Below are positions 63,791 to 64,000 of a stretch of 64,000 bases of DNA, in pieces. The DNA comes from Leucoraja erinacea (Eukaryota). Under the pieces are notes generated by a model, which searched no databases, was not told the DNA's origin, and saw only the letters and a program-made list of their open reading frames with translations. Numbering within the stretch: the first letter of the stretch is position 1; the number at the start of each line of letters is the position of its first letter. Where the stretch lies: positions 138,632,001 to 138,696,000 of the forward strand of contig NC_073378.1 of NCBI RefSeq assembly GCF_028641065.1, read 5' to 3'. Both the position numbers and the translations under genes were made by a program.

Positions 63791-64000
63791 CCTTTTACCG
63801 TGCGTCAGTGCGCTTCTTGGACTTATTTTCTAAAGCCGTAAAGTTACACTAAACGATCGTGTTACACTAAACTCTGTTTGACTTTACCTGTTGCCCTTGT
63901 GTGCGGATTCACTGCACCGATGTATAGTGAGATTTAATCGGTTAGTGCAAACAAGGGTTTCCACTGCATCTCAGTTCAACTGAACGTAGCAATTTGAATA

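Overview
Eukaryotic (vertebrate) genomic DNA, most likely a cartilaginous fish such as a skate or ray (inferred from the CR1 LINE and Penelope-type short repeat content, not proven). The whole window is the interior of one + strand exon array encoding 15 tandem F-type lectin (fucolectin/FTLD) domains. Each domain is split into a 280-nt exon A and a 161-434-nt exon B; all A-B introns are phase 2 and all B-A introns phase 1. No start, signal-peptide or stop exon is visible, so the array continues past both ends (about 2,790 codons in this window alone). In every domain the canonical fucose-binding H-x26-R-x-D-x4-R/K triad is rewired (His to Arg in 15/15; last Arg to Gln in 12/15). A young 7 x 3.455 kb tandem expansion (8108-37092) has both ends at the same 11-mer inside an intronic CR1 fragment and created six hybrid domains. 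One copy carries a near-intact full-length CR1 LINE with an 80-bp monomer 5' array. There are also decayed or deleted domain relics, a TIR/TSD-bounded DNA transposon, a Rex1/Babar-like LINE and hammerhead-core-bearing palindromic repeats. Exon coordinates were read by hand from splice signals; repeat-fragment boundaries are approximate.
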